A stretch of DNA of 17,526 bases from Oligoflexales bacterium (GCA_045105515.1 JBGCDR010000406.1:1-17526); one strand, 5' to 3'; shown: positions 8,238 to 17,416, numbered from the stretch's first letter. Program-made: numbers and translations. Notes: generated from the sequence alone by a model not told the origin.

Positions 8238-8873
8238 GTGGCAGCACAAAGTGATACCCAGCAACTTGCAAATACTGTCCCTGGAATCCCATCGCAAGGT
8301 ATGGATCAAGGACAGCTTCCACATCCCATAGTCGAGCTAGCTGAGTACCCCTTTCGAGTGCCGTTAACTTGGTGGATCGCTTTAGCTGTTATAATCCTTG
8401 CTGTGGTACTTGGGCTCTTAATCTGGCGCTGGTATAAGAAAAAAAATGAAGTCCACTATGCCCCTCGATCTGAACCTCCTTTACTGCTTATGCTACGAAG
8501 CCTTGAAGCTCAAAAACCCCCTTCCCCTTTCCCAGAAAGCATGCATTGTGATTACTTTTTCACATTGAGCATGGCATTTCGCCAAATCCTCGAACAAGCA
8601 TATAGCTTTCCAGCAACAGACCTGACTTTGAAGGAACTAAAAAAACCTCTCGAACAACGAGTCAAGTTTAAAGGGTATGATCGTAGCGACATGATTAAGT
8701 TTTTCGAGCGCTGCGACCTCATCAAATTTGCTAAAGCCCCGACTCATGAAAATGAAGCCATGAGTTATCATACTCAAGTCATGGCTTGGGCCAAAGCTAT
8801 TGTCGATAAAAGCATCCAAGATCAAACCACTCCTAAGTCCCACAAACAAATGTCCCCCTCATTGTCCCAGTAG
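8238..8873 (+). CDS. Single-TM membrane protein of the MoxR/Bat locus (DUF4381-like)
   Basis: GTG start with AGGA SD. TM helix WWIALAVIILAVVLGLLIW followed by RWYKKK, then YFFTLSMAFRQILE…ATDLTLKEL…CDLIKFAK, the pattern typical of the gene between DUF58 and batA. Confidence 0.8.
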   Translation: MAAQSDTQQLANTVPGIPSQGMDQGQLPHPIVELAEYPFRVPLTWWIALAVIILAVVLGLLIWRWYKKKNEVHYAPRSEPPLLLMLRSLEAQKPPSPFPESMHCDYFFTLSMAFRQILEQAYSFPATDLTLKELKKPLEQRVKFKGYDRSDMIKFFERCDLIKFAKAPTHENEAMSYHTQVMAWAKAIVDKSIQDQTTPKSHKQMSPSLSQ

Positions 8874-8880
8874 GTATAGC

Positions 8881-9864
8881 ATGACAAACTTTTCATTTGC
8901 CGAACCTTATTGGCTTTTATTATTTTTGTTATTTATCCCCATGTTGTTCTCTTATAGTAGGCCCAAAGCTCAACTTCTTTTTTCAAAATCTAAGACTCTG
9001 AAGCGTACCAGTGGTAACAGCAGGGTTTGGCTCATGCATTCAGGCTTTTGCCTGCGAATCATGAGTTTGAGTTTGTTGATCATGGCATTAGCAAGACCTC
9101 AAACAGGGCATGAACAGTCAAAACAACGAACTGAAGGCCTCGATATGATGCTGGTCATTGATACGTCTGGTAGCATGCGCGGAATGGACTTTGTCATCGG
9201 TGGCAAGCGCAAGGACCGCTTAAGCGTTGCTAAGGAAGTCTTAAAAACCTTTATTGAGGCGCGCTCTGATGACCGCTTAGGACTTACCATATTTGGTAGC
9301 AATGCATTTGCCTACGTTCCACTGACCCTCGATCATGACGTCTTATCCCGATACCTAGACGAGGTGAGCATCGGAATGGCAGGCGAATCAACTGCTATAG
9401 GTGATGCTATTGGAGTGGCAACAAATAGACTTAAAGACTTAGATGCTAAAAGCAAAGTGATGATACTTTTAACAGACGGTTCCAACCAAGCTGGAAAAGT
9501 TGAGCCAATAGATGCAGCTAAAGCAGCAAAAGCTATGGGGGTGAAGATATATAGTATTGGTGTCGGCTCTAAAGGACTTGTACCAATACCAACTCAATTT
9601 GGATATCAGAATGTCAGGATTGACCTAGATGAAGAGCTACTTGGAAAAATCGCAAAATTAACTGGAGGTCAGTATTATCGAGCTACCGATACCGAAACCC
9701 TAAACAAAATATATCAAACCATTGACGAATTAGAAAAGACTGAGCGAGAAATTGAAGTGTTTAGACTGTATGAAGAATCTTACTCAGGTTTTGTCTGGCC
9801 TGCATTGATACTTTTGTTATTAGAACTTTGTTTTAATCTCAGCAGATGGCGGAGGATTCCGTAA
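8881..9864 (+). CDS. batA: BatA-like vWA-domain membrane protein
   Basis: N-terminal FAEPYWL, ALARPQ, MIDAS DTSGS, PLTLD, TAIGDAIG, LLTDG, KIYSIGVG, IDELEK and a C-terminal TM helix. ATG at 8881 is preferred over 8800, which would overlap the previous gene. Confidence 0.92.
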   Translation: MTNFSFAEPYWLLLFLLFIPMLFSYSRPKAQLLFSKSKTLKRTSGNSRVWLMHSGFCLRIMSLSLLIMALARPQTGHEQSKQRTEGLDMMLVIDTSGSMRGMDFVIGGKRKDRLSVAKEVLKTFIEARSDDRLGLTIFGSNAFAYVPLTLDHDVLSRYLDEVSIGMAGESTAIGDAIGVATNRLKDLDAKSKVMILLTDGSNQAGKVEPIDAAKAAKAMGVKIYSIGVGSKGLVPIPTQFGYQNVRIDLDEELLGKIAKLTGGQYYRATDTETLNKIYQTIDELEKTEREIEVFRLYEESYSGFVWPALILLLLELCFNLSRWRRIP

Positions 9865-9867
9865 GCC

Positions 9868-10893
9868 ATGAACTTTGCTAATATAAACTACCTTATCTTA
9901 CTTTGGTTGATTCCCATTTGTGCGGCTCTCATCTATCTCGGGCAGAAACGCAGGAAAAAAAGGTTGCAGGCTTTTGCAGCATTGCGCTTACCTGAGCTTT
10001 TGACTGTTTCAGAAAACCGTTTCACTAGTACAATTAAAGCTTGCTTGCTCCTTTTGGCAGTTGCAGCAATTGTGACTGGGCTCGCTCGCCCTAGGTGGGG
10101 ATTCGAGTGGCGAGAAGTTCCACAGGGAGGTATAGATATTATGGTGGTCCTCGACCTATCCACATCTATGTTAGCAACTGATATCCCTCCCAACCGCCTA
10201 GAACGGGCTAAAAGAGAGTTGATCGATTTACTTGGCATGCTCGATGGAGACCGATTCGGGATCGTTGCCTTTGCTGGCGTACCCTTTGTCCAGTGTCCCT
10301 TGACCGTCGACTACCGCCTAGCAAGTTTGTTCATCAATCAACTAAGCTTAGATTTAATCCCCGTCCAAGGCACAGCACTAGGAGATGCCATTGAGTTAGG
10401 AGTTGATAGCCTTGTGAAAGCAAGCTCAGCTGAGAGCCAAGGGAAGGCAATAATTCTCATCACCGATGGTGAAGATCAAAATCAAAATACCCTTAAAGCA
10501 GCGCAGAAAGCTAAAGAAAAAGCTGTTAAGATTTATGCTATTGGAATTGGCAAAGAGGAAGGCTCTCCCATTCCCCTTCCAACTGGGGGCTACAAAAAAG
10601 ATCACAATGGGAATGTTATTATCTCGAAGCTCGATGAAAAAACCCTCCAGGAAGCTGCGTTAATAAGCGGAGGGACGTATGTACGATCGACGACGGGAGA
10701 TATAGATCTGGACCAAATTTATACCAAAGGGATTAAGGTATCTTTGGAGGCAGGAGCCTATGGTGAATCAAGACAGAAGATCTGGTATGAACGCTTCCAA
10801 TGGTTTTTATCCCTCGCACTTGGTTTTCTTTTTGTAGAGTTTTTACTGAAAGAATTTAGGCAAAAACGGGAGCTTAGCCAAAATGACCAATAG
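9868..10893 (+). CDS. batB: BatB-like vWA-domain membrane protein
   Basis: GLARPRWG, MIDAS DLSTS, PNRLERAK, FAG…CPLTVDY, QGTALGDAI, ITDGE and ERFQWFL. Second vWA gene in bat order. Confidence 0.9.
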   Translation: MNFANINYLILLWLIPICAALIYLGQKRRKKRLQAFAALRLPELLTVSENRFTSTIKACLLLLAVAAIVTGLARPRWGFEWREVPQGGIDIMVVLDLSTSMLATDIPPNRLERAKRELIDLLGMLDGDRFGIVAFAGVPFVQCPLTVDYRLASLFINQLSLDLIPVQGTALGDAIELGVDSLVKASSAESQGKAIILITDGEDQNQNTLKAAQKAKEKAVKIYAIGIGKEEGSPIPLPTGGYKKDHNGNVIISKLDEKTLQEAALISGGTYVRSTTGDIDLDQIYTKGIKVSLEAGAYGESRQKIWYERFQWFLSLALGFLFVEFLLKEFRQKRELSQNDQ

Positions 10894-11800
10894 AATCTTT
10901 CATCGACTCTTCATGCTGTTATGCTTGCTGTATCAAATGGACAGTTATGCTGATAACTTATATGAAGCTGAAGAAGCATATAAACAAGGGAATTTTAGCT
11001 CTGCAAGTGAGAAATTTCTTGATGCTGAGATCGAAGAACCAGACAATATGCAGCATGCGTATAACCGCTCTGTAAGTCAATATCAAAACAAAGAATATGA
11101 GGCTGCTGCCAGTGGTTTTGCCAAGTCAGCAAAATCAAGGGACCCAGGATTAGCTCGCAACTCTCAATTTAATCTCGGGAATACCCTCGCTGCAAAAGGA
11201 GACTTAAAGGGTGCAAAGGAAGCCTTCTCAGAGTTACTCAAACAAAGCCCAGATGATCAAGATGCAAAAGAAAACTTAGCTTGGGTCGAAAAGATGATTC
11301 AAGAGATGGAAAAACAAAAGCAAAATCAAGATAAGCAGGACCAAGAAAACAAAGATCAAAATAAGCAGGACCAAGAAAACAAAGATCAAAATAAGCAGGA
11401 CCAAGAAAACAAAGATCAAAATAAACAGGACCAAGAAAACAAAGATCAAAATAAACAGGACCAAGAAAACAAAGATCAAGAAAACAACGATCAAGATAAG
11501 CAAGACCAAGAAAACAAAGATCAAGATAAGCAAGACCAAGAAAACAACGATCAAGATAAGCAAGACCAGTCAGATAAAAAAGAAACCGAAGAGCAAGATC
11601 AGGAGAATGAAAGTGCCCAGCAAGACAATACAAACCAGCAAGAACAAGAAAAGCAGTCAGCCCAAGACCAAACAAATCAAGAAATTTTGGACAAAGCCGA
11701 CGCCGAGAGGCTCCTAAGATCTCTTGAAGACCAAGAACGGTATTACGGAAAACCCCCAAAAATCCCACCTCCCAACCGAAGGCCTATAAAGGATTGGTAA
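10883..11800 (+). CDS. batC: BatC-like TPR protein with Q/D/N/K-rich repeat linker
   Basis: Signal peptide, TPR motifs (AYNRSVSQYQNKEYEAA; FNLGNTLAAKGDLKGA…PDDQDAKENL), low-complexity linker and C-terminal AERLLRSLE…KDW typical of BatC. Confidence 0.85.
   Translation: MTNRIFHRLFMLLCLLYQMDSYADNLYEAEEAYKQGNFSSASEKFLDAEIEEPDNMQHAYNRSVSQYQNKEYEAAASGFAKSAKSRDPGLARNSQFNLGNTLAAKGDLKGAKEAFSELLKQSPDDQDAKENLAWVEKMIQEMEKQKQNQDKQDQENKDQNKQDQENKDQNKQDQENKDQNKQDQENKDQNKQDQENKDQENNDQDKQDQENKDQDKQDQENNDQDKQDQSDKKETEEQDQENESAQQDNTNQQEQEKQSAQDQTNQEILDKADAERLLRSLEDQERYYGKPPKIPPPNRRPIKDW
11324..11578 (+). repeat. Intragenic tandem repeat, 17 x 15 bp (pentapeptide [D/N]Qxxx) arranged mostly as a 30-bp higher-order unit
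   Basis: Near-identical 30-mers CCAAGAAAACAAAGATCAAAATAA(G/A)CAGGA at 11341, 11371, 11401 and 11431, then variant units (TCAAGATAAGCAAGACCAAGAAAACAA(A/C)GA) at 11491 and 11521. Confidence 0.95.
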
Positions 11801-11814
11801 TGGAGTATCAAATC

Positions 11815-13605
11815 ATGAAACATCATTTTAAAAGCTTATTCTTCTTCTTGGTCTTTACTATAGGATTTAGCGCCCATAATTCAAAAGCAGCTTTAAGAGC
11901 ATCTTTGAGTCCAAGCGAGGGAGACATTGGGACAACCTTTCAGCTTACCTTGCAAGTACAAGGTGAGCTGAACGAGGAAATCGAGTTCCCTAAAGTCCCT
12001 GGAGTGAACTTGCTCGGAACAAGCCAATCCAGTCAAATATCCTATTTTAATGGCCGTAGAACCAGTTCTATATCATTTATCTATTCACTAAAAGCCGATG
12101 GTCCTGGGGTTTATTCAATTCCCCCTATCGAAGCAAAAATCAATGGAGCCATTGAAAGATCCAACGCTGCTAGTTTTACGGTAGAGGAACCTTCAGACCA
12201 TGTAAAAATCAAGGGCAGCAAACTCCCTGGGGCTTTTGTGCAAAGAAACTACTCTGCGCGCAAACCATTTGTAGGTGAAGCAGTCCTTAGAACAACAAAA
12301 CTCTATTTCCGTATAAAAGTTGTTGAAGAAAATAGAAATATTAACAAACCAGACCATACCAGATTTTTCACCGATATTGAAAAAGAAGTGAATCAAGAAG
12401 AGTTTAGTAATCAAAGGTTCTCTGTTTTGTCCTACTACGATCTGATAGTTCCTAATCGAGCGGGACAGCTTAAAATACCACCTGACTATGTAAGTATCGG
12501 AGTCCAAGTACAATCCTCACGCAGATCTCGCAACAGCTTTTTTGGTGAACTTTTTGATGATGCTTTTTCACAGCAAACCACAAAAACCCTATCATCAAAG
12601 GAAGATACCTTAGAAGTCCAGCCCTTACCGAAAGAGGGAAAACCTGAAAAATATGCTGGGCTAGTCGGTAGCTTTAAAACCACTGCCACGCTAAATATTC
12701 GTGAACTCAAGCAAGGGGAAACAGCCACCTTAACCATCGAAATTGCCGGTAGGGGGCTTCTCGATACAATGGGCACACTCCCAATGGAGTTTTCCTCAAA
12801 TATCAAGGTTTATCCAGATAAACCCGTCAATGAAGAAAAAATTACCAAAGAAGATGGCATAATGAGCAAGAGAATCTATAAATATGCCTTAGTTCCTAAT
12901 CAGGCTGGAGAGCTTAATCTGGGAAATTTTGAGCTTCCTGTATTCAACCCAGATAAAGAAAGTTATGAAGTTCTCACCGCAGATTTAGGCTCATTAATGG
13001 TGGTAGCAGCCCCTGAAGAAAATAAAGTAGTAAGCTCGCTAAGTTTACCCAGACCCTCAAACAAAGCTGAGGTTGAATCTCTGGGAAAAGACCTAGTGGA
13101 TATTCACAGAAACTTTGACCTAGACGCTCAAACAGGACTTAACAGCGAAAATGGGATTTGGCTCTATATTTTTTCTGGCTTAGCAGCTCTACTTTTTTGT
13201 TTAAACTTTCTCCTGCACGAATTATTAATCCGAAATGGAAAGCCTAGTGCAAAGCAGAGAAGATCAGCTGCAATAAAATACTTTAACCAAGATAAACAAA
13301 AATGGAAGACGGATTGGCAAGAAAAAGATTTATCAAGCGACGCAGTAGAAGCTTACTACCGCATGTATAAGGATTTTTTAGGTAATAAATTTAATACCAA
13401 CGGATCAGCCTTAACTGGCAAGGAAATCGAACGCATTTGTGAATCAATTACATTGAGCGACGCTCATAAGTCAAATGCTAAAGAGATAATTATAAACATG
13501 GATCAGATGGCTTTTAGCGATGGTTTGTTTAGTGCTGGACTGGGATCAAAACTTATCAATAAAATTGATGATCTAATATCGGAGATAGATAGACATGTTA
13601 CATAA
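11815..13605 (+). CDS. batD: BatD-like exported beta-rich protein with C-terminal TM anchor
   Basis: Signal peptide, SSQISYFNG, YSIPPI, FVGE, V.PLP…F/Y.G.VGSF, YALVP…G and a TM helix near the C-terminus. ATG 11815 has a GGAG SD 9 nt upstream. ATG 11800 (TAATG overlap) is an alternative start. Confidence 0.88.
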   Translation: MKHHFKSLFFFLVFTIGFSAHNSKAALRASLSPSEGDIGTTFQLTLQVQGELNEEIEFPKVPGVNLLGTSQSSQISYFNGRRTSSISFIYSLKADGPGVYSIPPIEAKINGAIERSNAASFTVEEPSDHVKIKGSKLPGAFVQRNYSARKPFVGEAVLRTTKLYFRIKVVEENRNINKPDHTRFFTDIEKEVNQEEFSNQRFSVLSYYDLIVPNRAGQLKIPPDYVSIGVQVQSSRRSRNSFFGELFDDAFSQQTTKTLSSKEDTLEVQPLPKEGKPEKYAGLVGSFKTTATLNIRELKQGETATLTIEIAGRGLLDTMGTLPMEFSSNIKVYPDKPVNEEKITKEDGIMSKRIYKYALVPNQAGELNLGNFELPVFNPDKESYEVLTADLGSLMVVAAPEENKVVSSLSLPRPSNKAEVESLGKDLVDIHRNFDLDAQTGLNSENGIWLYIFSGLAALLFCLNFLLHELLIRNGKPSAKQRRSAAIKYFNQDKQKWKTDWQEKDLSSDAVEAYYRMYKDFLGNKFNTNGSALTGKEIERICESITLSDAHKSNAKEIIINMDQMAFSDGLFSAGLGSKLINKIDDLISEIDRHVT

Positions 13606-14359
13606 ACTTTGCCTCCTATGTTTGGTATTTTTTGTCAGTGGTAGTCAGTTGGGAGCATCCAAAGGACAATTGGAACTTGCAGTCAAAGCCTATGATCAGG
13701 GGGAATTTTATAATTCAGTTAAGATATACGAAAACCTAATTGCTGAGGGAGTTGAAAGCGGCCATGCTTTCTATAATCTAGGTAATGCTTATTTTCGGCT
13801 TGAAGAACCCGGAAAGGCAATGGCTGCATACCTTGCAGCAAAACGACTTCTACCTCGTGATCCCGATATTAAAGCAAACCTTGCCTATGTGCACGGGCAA
13901 ATCCAAGATAAGCTTGAGTATGAAATCGATGCTGGTTTGCTTAAGGTGATTGCGTTTTGGCAAGATAGTTTCACTTCAAAAGAAATTTTTGAGGCTTTTC
14001 TTCTGTTTTGGTGTATTGGCTTGCTGCTTTTAGGAGCCTTTGTCTGGAAACAAGATCTGATAGGGCTTAAACGGACGGGACTAGGGGTCTTAGCTGTGGC
14101 AATGCTTATCTTCAGTGCTTTTCTTATCAGCTTAAATCAAGATCTTGTATGGGGTGCAGTGTCAGCAAAAAACGCCGCTGTTAGGTCAGGTCCTGGGGAA
14201 TTCAACACCCAAGTCTTTGAGCTACACCAAGGAGCTCCCATCATGATAAATGAGGAAGAAAATGAGTGGTTTCTCATTGGTCTTTCCGACGGTAAGAAAG
14301 GTTGGATTGCAAAAAAGCACGTTACAGCCTATGGTTTTGACAAGAATTCTTCGACTTAG
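13595..14359 (+). CDS. batE: BatE-like TPR + SH3b domain protein
   Basis: AYDQGEF, FYNLGNAYFRLEEPGKAMAAYLAAKRLLPRDPDIKANL (TPR), two TM helices, VRSGPG…FELHQG…W…LSDGKKGWI (SH3b-like). GGAG SD. Last gene of the bat cluster. Confidence 0.9.
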   Translation: MLHKLCLLCLVFFVSGSQLGASKGQLELAVKAYDQGEFYNSVKIYENLIAEGVESGHAFYNLGNAYFRLEEPGKAMAAYLAAKRLLPRDPDIKANLAYVHGQIQDKLEYEIDAGLLKVIAFWQDSFTSKEIFEAFLLFWCIGLLLLGAFVWKQDLIGLKRTGLGVLAVAMLIFSAFLISLNQDLVWGAVSAKNAAVRSGPGEFNTQVFELHQGAPIMINEEENEWFLIGLSDGKKGWIAKKHVTAYGFDKNSST

Positions 14360-14749
14360 ATCGGCTGCACAAATAAATCTGAGCAGACAGCTTGGCAACT
14401 AATATAAATCCAAGACCAACAGATAGACACAAAGCTCGCTTCATTGCAGGCGAAATTCAGGCCAACATGAGAAATATTTAGGCCATACAAAAAGCTATCA
14501 TATCTCGAGTATAATTTGGTAACAATTTTCGACTAAGATTTGCTACAAAAATTTTCCTTTTACAAATATATGCTACTTGAGTTTTATAAATTAGAGCCTT
14601 AGGTCGCATGAAAGAATTCATTTTTTTCTTATCTGTAGGGTTCTAGTTATTCCTCTTTCACTATTTTTCTTAATAGTATTAATTATTCTTACAACTGATA
14701 TCCAAAAACACAAATGACTACGATGATCGGCAAGAAGCATCAACACCAA

Positions 14750-14778
14750 TTGACTTACGTTAAGAATAGAGTCATATT
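14750..14778 (+). promoter_or_regulatory. Candidate sigma70 promoter TTGACT-N17-CATATT for the glycosyltransferase cassette
   Basis: 5/6 match to -35 and 4/6 match to -10 with 17-nt spacing, ending 24 bp before the ATG at 14803. Overlaps a short TGACT-N14-AGTCA inverted repeat. Confidence 0.35.
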
Positions 14779-14802
14779 AACTATAAAAAGCGGTGAGTAG
14801 AC

Positions 14803-15972
14803 ATGAGAAAAATTTATTCATTTACTAGGTCTGGTGGCGGAAATCATAAGATATCTGAGCGTATTTTAAAGCCTGAAGAATGCACATCTGACTTCATTTC
14901 TGGATTACCAGATAGTAACGCTATTATTACATTCGAAGATAGTGAGTGGACTGCGATTAAATCTCTGCTAAATCCGCTTTTAGAGGAAAAGCATACCAAA
15001 GTCAAATTGGCCAAACGGAAAACAGTCTCCATTGTTGTTCCCATATACTATGAAGAAAGCCTTATTGATCAGCTCATCAAGCGTTTTATGTCAGTTATTA
15101 ATGAACTAGAAAAAAACTACGATTACGAGCTGATTTTTGTGAATGACGGAAGTACTGATGAATCATTAACTCTTCTGAAGAAGCATCAACTGATACACAA
15201 GGGTATACAAATTGTAGACCTATCGAGAAATTTTGGCCACCAATTAGCTATTACTGCTGGCATCGATTATGCCAAAGGGGATGCTGTAGTCGTCATTGAT
15301 GGAGACTTGCAGGACCCTCCCGAGGTCATATTAGAAATGATAAAGGTGTGGGAACAAGGTGCACATGTAGCCTATGGTGTTCGCAATAAACGAAAAGGTG
15401 AAACATTTTTCAAATTAATCACAGCCAAGATATTCTACAGAACATTAAGTTGGTTTTCTGAAACTGACATGCCTGTGGATGCAGGAGATTTTCGTTTACT
15501 TGATAGGAGAGTGGTAGATCAATTGAAAGCAATACCTGAAAGGAACCGCTATATTCGGGGATTGGTAAATTGGATTGGGTTCAAACAAGTACCTATAAGC
15601 TACTCAAGAGATAAAAGATTTGCCGGGACGACAAAGTATAGCTTGAGAAAAATGGTACGCTTTGCAGCAGATGGAATAACCGGTTTTTCAGACAAACCTC
15701 TTTATATCGCGGGGTATTTTGGCGCCATATTCGGTATTTTATCAATGTTTTTCGTACTCAAGGTAATTTGGGGGTATGTTTCTGGAGATGAATTTGTTTC
15801 GGGTTGGGCCTCAACCATTACTGTAATTTGTTTTCTAGGATCCATCCAGCTGGCAATGCTCTCTATTTTAGGACAATATGTCGGCCGCATATATTCTGAA
15901 GCCCGACAACGGCCACTTTACATTGTTAAAGACTATTATGTTTCAAAAGTTAAAGCTGATATCCGTCATTGA
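14803..15972 (+). CDS. GT2 polyprenol-phosphate glycosyltransferase (GtrB/DPM1-like) with ~70-aa N-terminal extension
   Basis: SIVVP, FVNDGSTD, LSRNFGHQLAITAG, IDGDLQDPP (DxD), GDFRLLDR, R.AG.TKYS, two C-terminal TM helices and RPLYIV. GGTGAG SD before the ATG. Confidence 0.93.
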   Translation: MRKIYSFTRSGGGNHKISERILKPEECTSDFISGLPDSNAIITFEDSEWTAIKSLLNPLLEEKHTKVKLAKRKTVSIVVPIYYEESLIDQLIKRFMSVINELEKNYDYELIFVNDGSTDESLTLLKKHQLIHKGIQIVDLSRNFGHQLAITAGIDYAKGDAVVVIDGDLQDPPEVILEMIKVWEQGAHVAYGVRNKRKGETFFKLITAKIFYRTLSWFSETDMPVDAGDFRLLDRRVVDQLKAIPERNRYIRGLVNWIGFKQVPISYSRDKRFAGTTKYSLRKMVRFAADGITGFSDKPLYIAGYFGAIFGILSMFFVLKVIWGYVSGDEFVSGWASTITVICFLGSIQLAMLSILGQYVGRIYSEARQRPLYIVKDYYVSKVKADIRH

Positions 15973-16081
15973 TGTTCTGAAAGATTTGCTAGATATCTAA
16001 ATTGGAATTTTTTAGTCTGTACATTATCTATATAATTTCATGTCTATCCATTACTGAATTAAAGAGGGGATATATTCCATA

Positions 16082-17347
16082 ATGAAAAAAGCCTATAATT
16101 TTATGCTTAAAATTAGAATACCCCTAGTTATATATTTGATTGCTGGTTTTTTATTTTACAATGTCCTCTATAAGTATTCAGCACGCGGTATTTCATTTAA
16201 CTGGTATCCTTGGGATGTAGGTTGGTATGCCAGTATCGTAGACAGAGGTTATTTTGTAACAAAAGATTACTTAAAGCAGTGCAATGTCGCGTTTTTCCCT
16301 CTTTACCCTGTGTTAGTTTATTTATTTAAACTTTTAACTAATCTACCTACCAATTATGCTATGCAGATTACATCTGGATGCTATACTTTCTTATCAGTTT
16401 GCCTACTTTACAGAGTAATTCGTGAATACTATCCAGACTATATCGCCGGAATGTCTACTTTATTGTTTATTTTAAACCCTCATAGTATGTTTTTATTTTC
16501 TGGTTATTCAGAATCTCTTTATTTCTTATGCACAATGGCTTTTTTCTATCTCCTGACAGTTCGTAAAAGTTATGTTGGGGCAGCCTTGGCTATAGGGATT
16601 GGTTCAGCTGTCAGGCATACCAGCATTCTATTGATAGCAGTATTGGGTTGTCAGATGGTTTATGACTATATTAAGACTTATGGGCTTAAATTTGAACTTA
16701 AAAAATTTCGCCCTCTCTTTGTTCTTCCTTTGTGCTTCTTAGGCCTCGCTTGCTATATCGGTTTCTTATATATTGAATTTTCAGACCCTCTTGCCTTTTT
16801 TAATGCACAGAAAGCCTGGTATGGATCAAATATGCCGGGTCTTTTTGATTTTAATAAATTTTTTCATTTGGAAAATCCAGTACGGGAAGTTTTATATAGA
16901 TTTGCAGATCCCGGATATATGAATGAGGTTTACAGTATGCGTCCCGATGGAGTTGGGATTGCTTCTTTACAACTATTTTTTCTTTTATTTGCTATAGTAT
17001 TCTGTTCTTGGTTTTTACCATTACCATTTGGAGTTTTTTTGTTTGTTGTCCCTGTATTCTATTTGTTTGCTACCCATCAACACCCTCTAGGAATGGCAAG
17101 CATGGGACGGTATCTGGTAGTTGTTTTTCCTGGATCCTTGGTTTTGGTTTTGTTAATGGATAAAATTCGCTTATTTTTGCTAGCTATTTGCGACAAAGTT
17201 TTTTCCAAAAACAATGACAGAAAAGTCATTAGCCACTTTTTAGTACAAAGCCTCTTTTATGCTACGTTCTTTTTTATCATTTATCTTCACGGTAAAGTTT
17301 TTCAATTCCTTACCAGTACCTTTTATAGGGGAGGTTGGGTGAGTTGA
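16082..17347 (+). CDS. GT-C fold multi-TM glycosyltransferase (PIG-V / mannosyltransferase-like)
   Basis: WDVGWYASIVDRGY, AFFPLYP, P.SMFLFSGYSESL, F.DPLAF…Q.AW and SMGRY motifs. Many hydrophobic segments. Confidence 0.85.
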   Translation: MKKAYNFMLKIRIPLVIYLIAGFLFYNVLYKYSARGISFNWYPWDVGWYASIVDRGYFVTKDYLKQCNVAFFPLYPVLVYLFKLLTNLPTNYAMQITSGCYTFLSVCLLYRVIREYYPDYIAGMSTLLFILNPHSMFLFSGYSESLYFLCTMAFFYLLTVRKSYVGAALAIGIGSAVRHTSILLIAVLGCQMVYDYIKTYGLKFELKKFRPLFVLPLCFLGLACYIGFLYIEFSDPLAFFNAQKAWYGSNMPGLFDFNKFFHLENPVREVLYRFADPGYMNEVYSMRPDGVGIASLQLFFLLFAIVFCSWFLPLPFGVFLFVVPVFYLFATHQHPLGMASMGRYLVVVFPGSLVLVLLMDKIRLFLLAICDKVFSKNNDRKVISHFLVQSLFYATFFFIIYLHGKVFQFLTSTFYRGGWVS

Positions 17348-17384
17348 ATAGGATAGCTGTATTCAAGCTTTTATAGCAGCGAGT

Positions 17385-17416
17385 TAGGAGCATTGACCGA
17401 AATGCTTTTATTTCTT
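17385..17416 (+). terminator. Weak candidate intrinsic terminator after the GT-C gene
   Basis: Stem AGCATT-gaccga-AATGCT (17389-17406), extendable by G-U pairs, followed by a T-rich tract. A second hairpin TTGAATA-N9-TATTCAA (17344-17366) overlaps the stop codon. Confidence 0.3.

Noticed and set aside
11324..11578. Periodic 30-bp sequence as a CRISPR array
   Set aside because: The units are contiguous with no unique spacers, are in frame within a CDS, and no cas genes are present.
11238..11768. Two antisense ORFs (176 aa and 95 aa) with repetitive hydrophobic sequence
   Set aside because: They are shadows of the batC tandem repeat, whose reverse complement lacks stop codons. There is no independent evidence of coding.
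535..15890. Other short ORFs in the track (e.g. 535-807, 1260-1460, 2033-2320, 4942-5211, 6417-6701, 9933-10238, 12193-12806, 15702-15890)
   Set aside because: All overlap well-supported genes on another frame or strand and show no recognisable motifs.
16082..17347. Poly-T runs in the GT-C gene as phase-variation tracts
   Set aside because: The runs seen are only about 6-7 nt and are expected from Phe/Leu codons in an AT-rich membrane-protein gene. The frame is intact.
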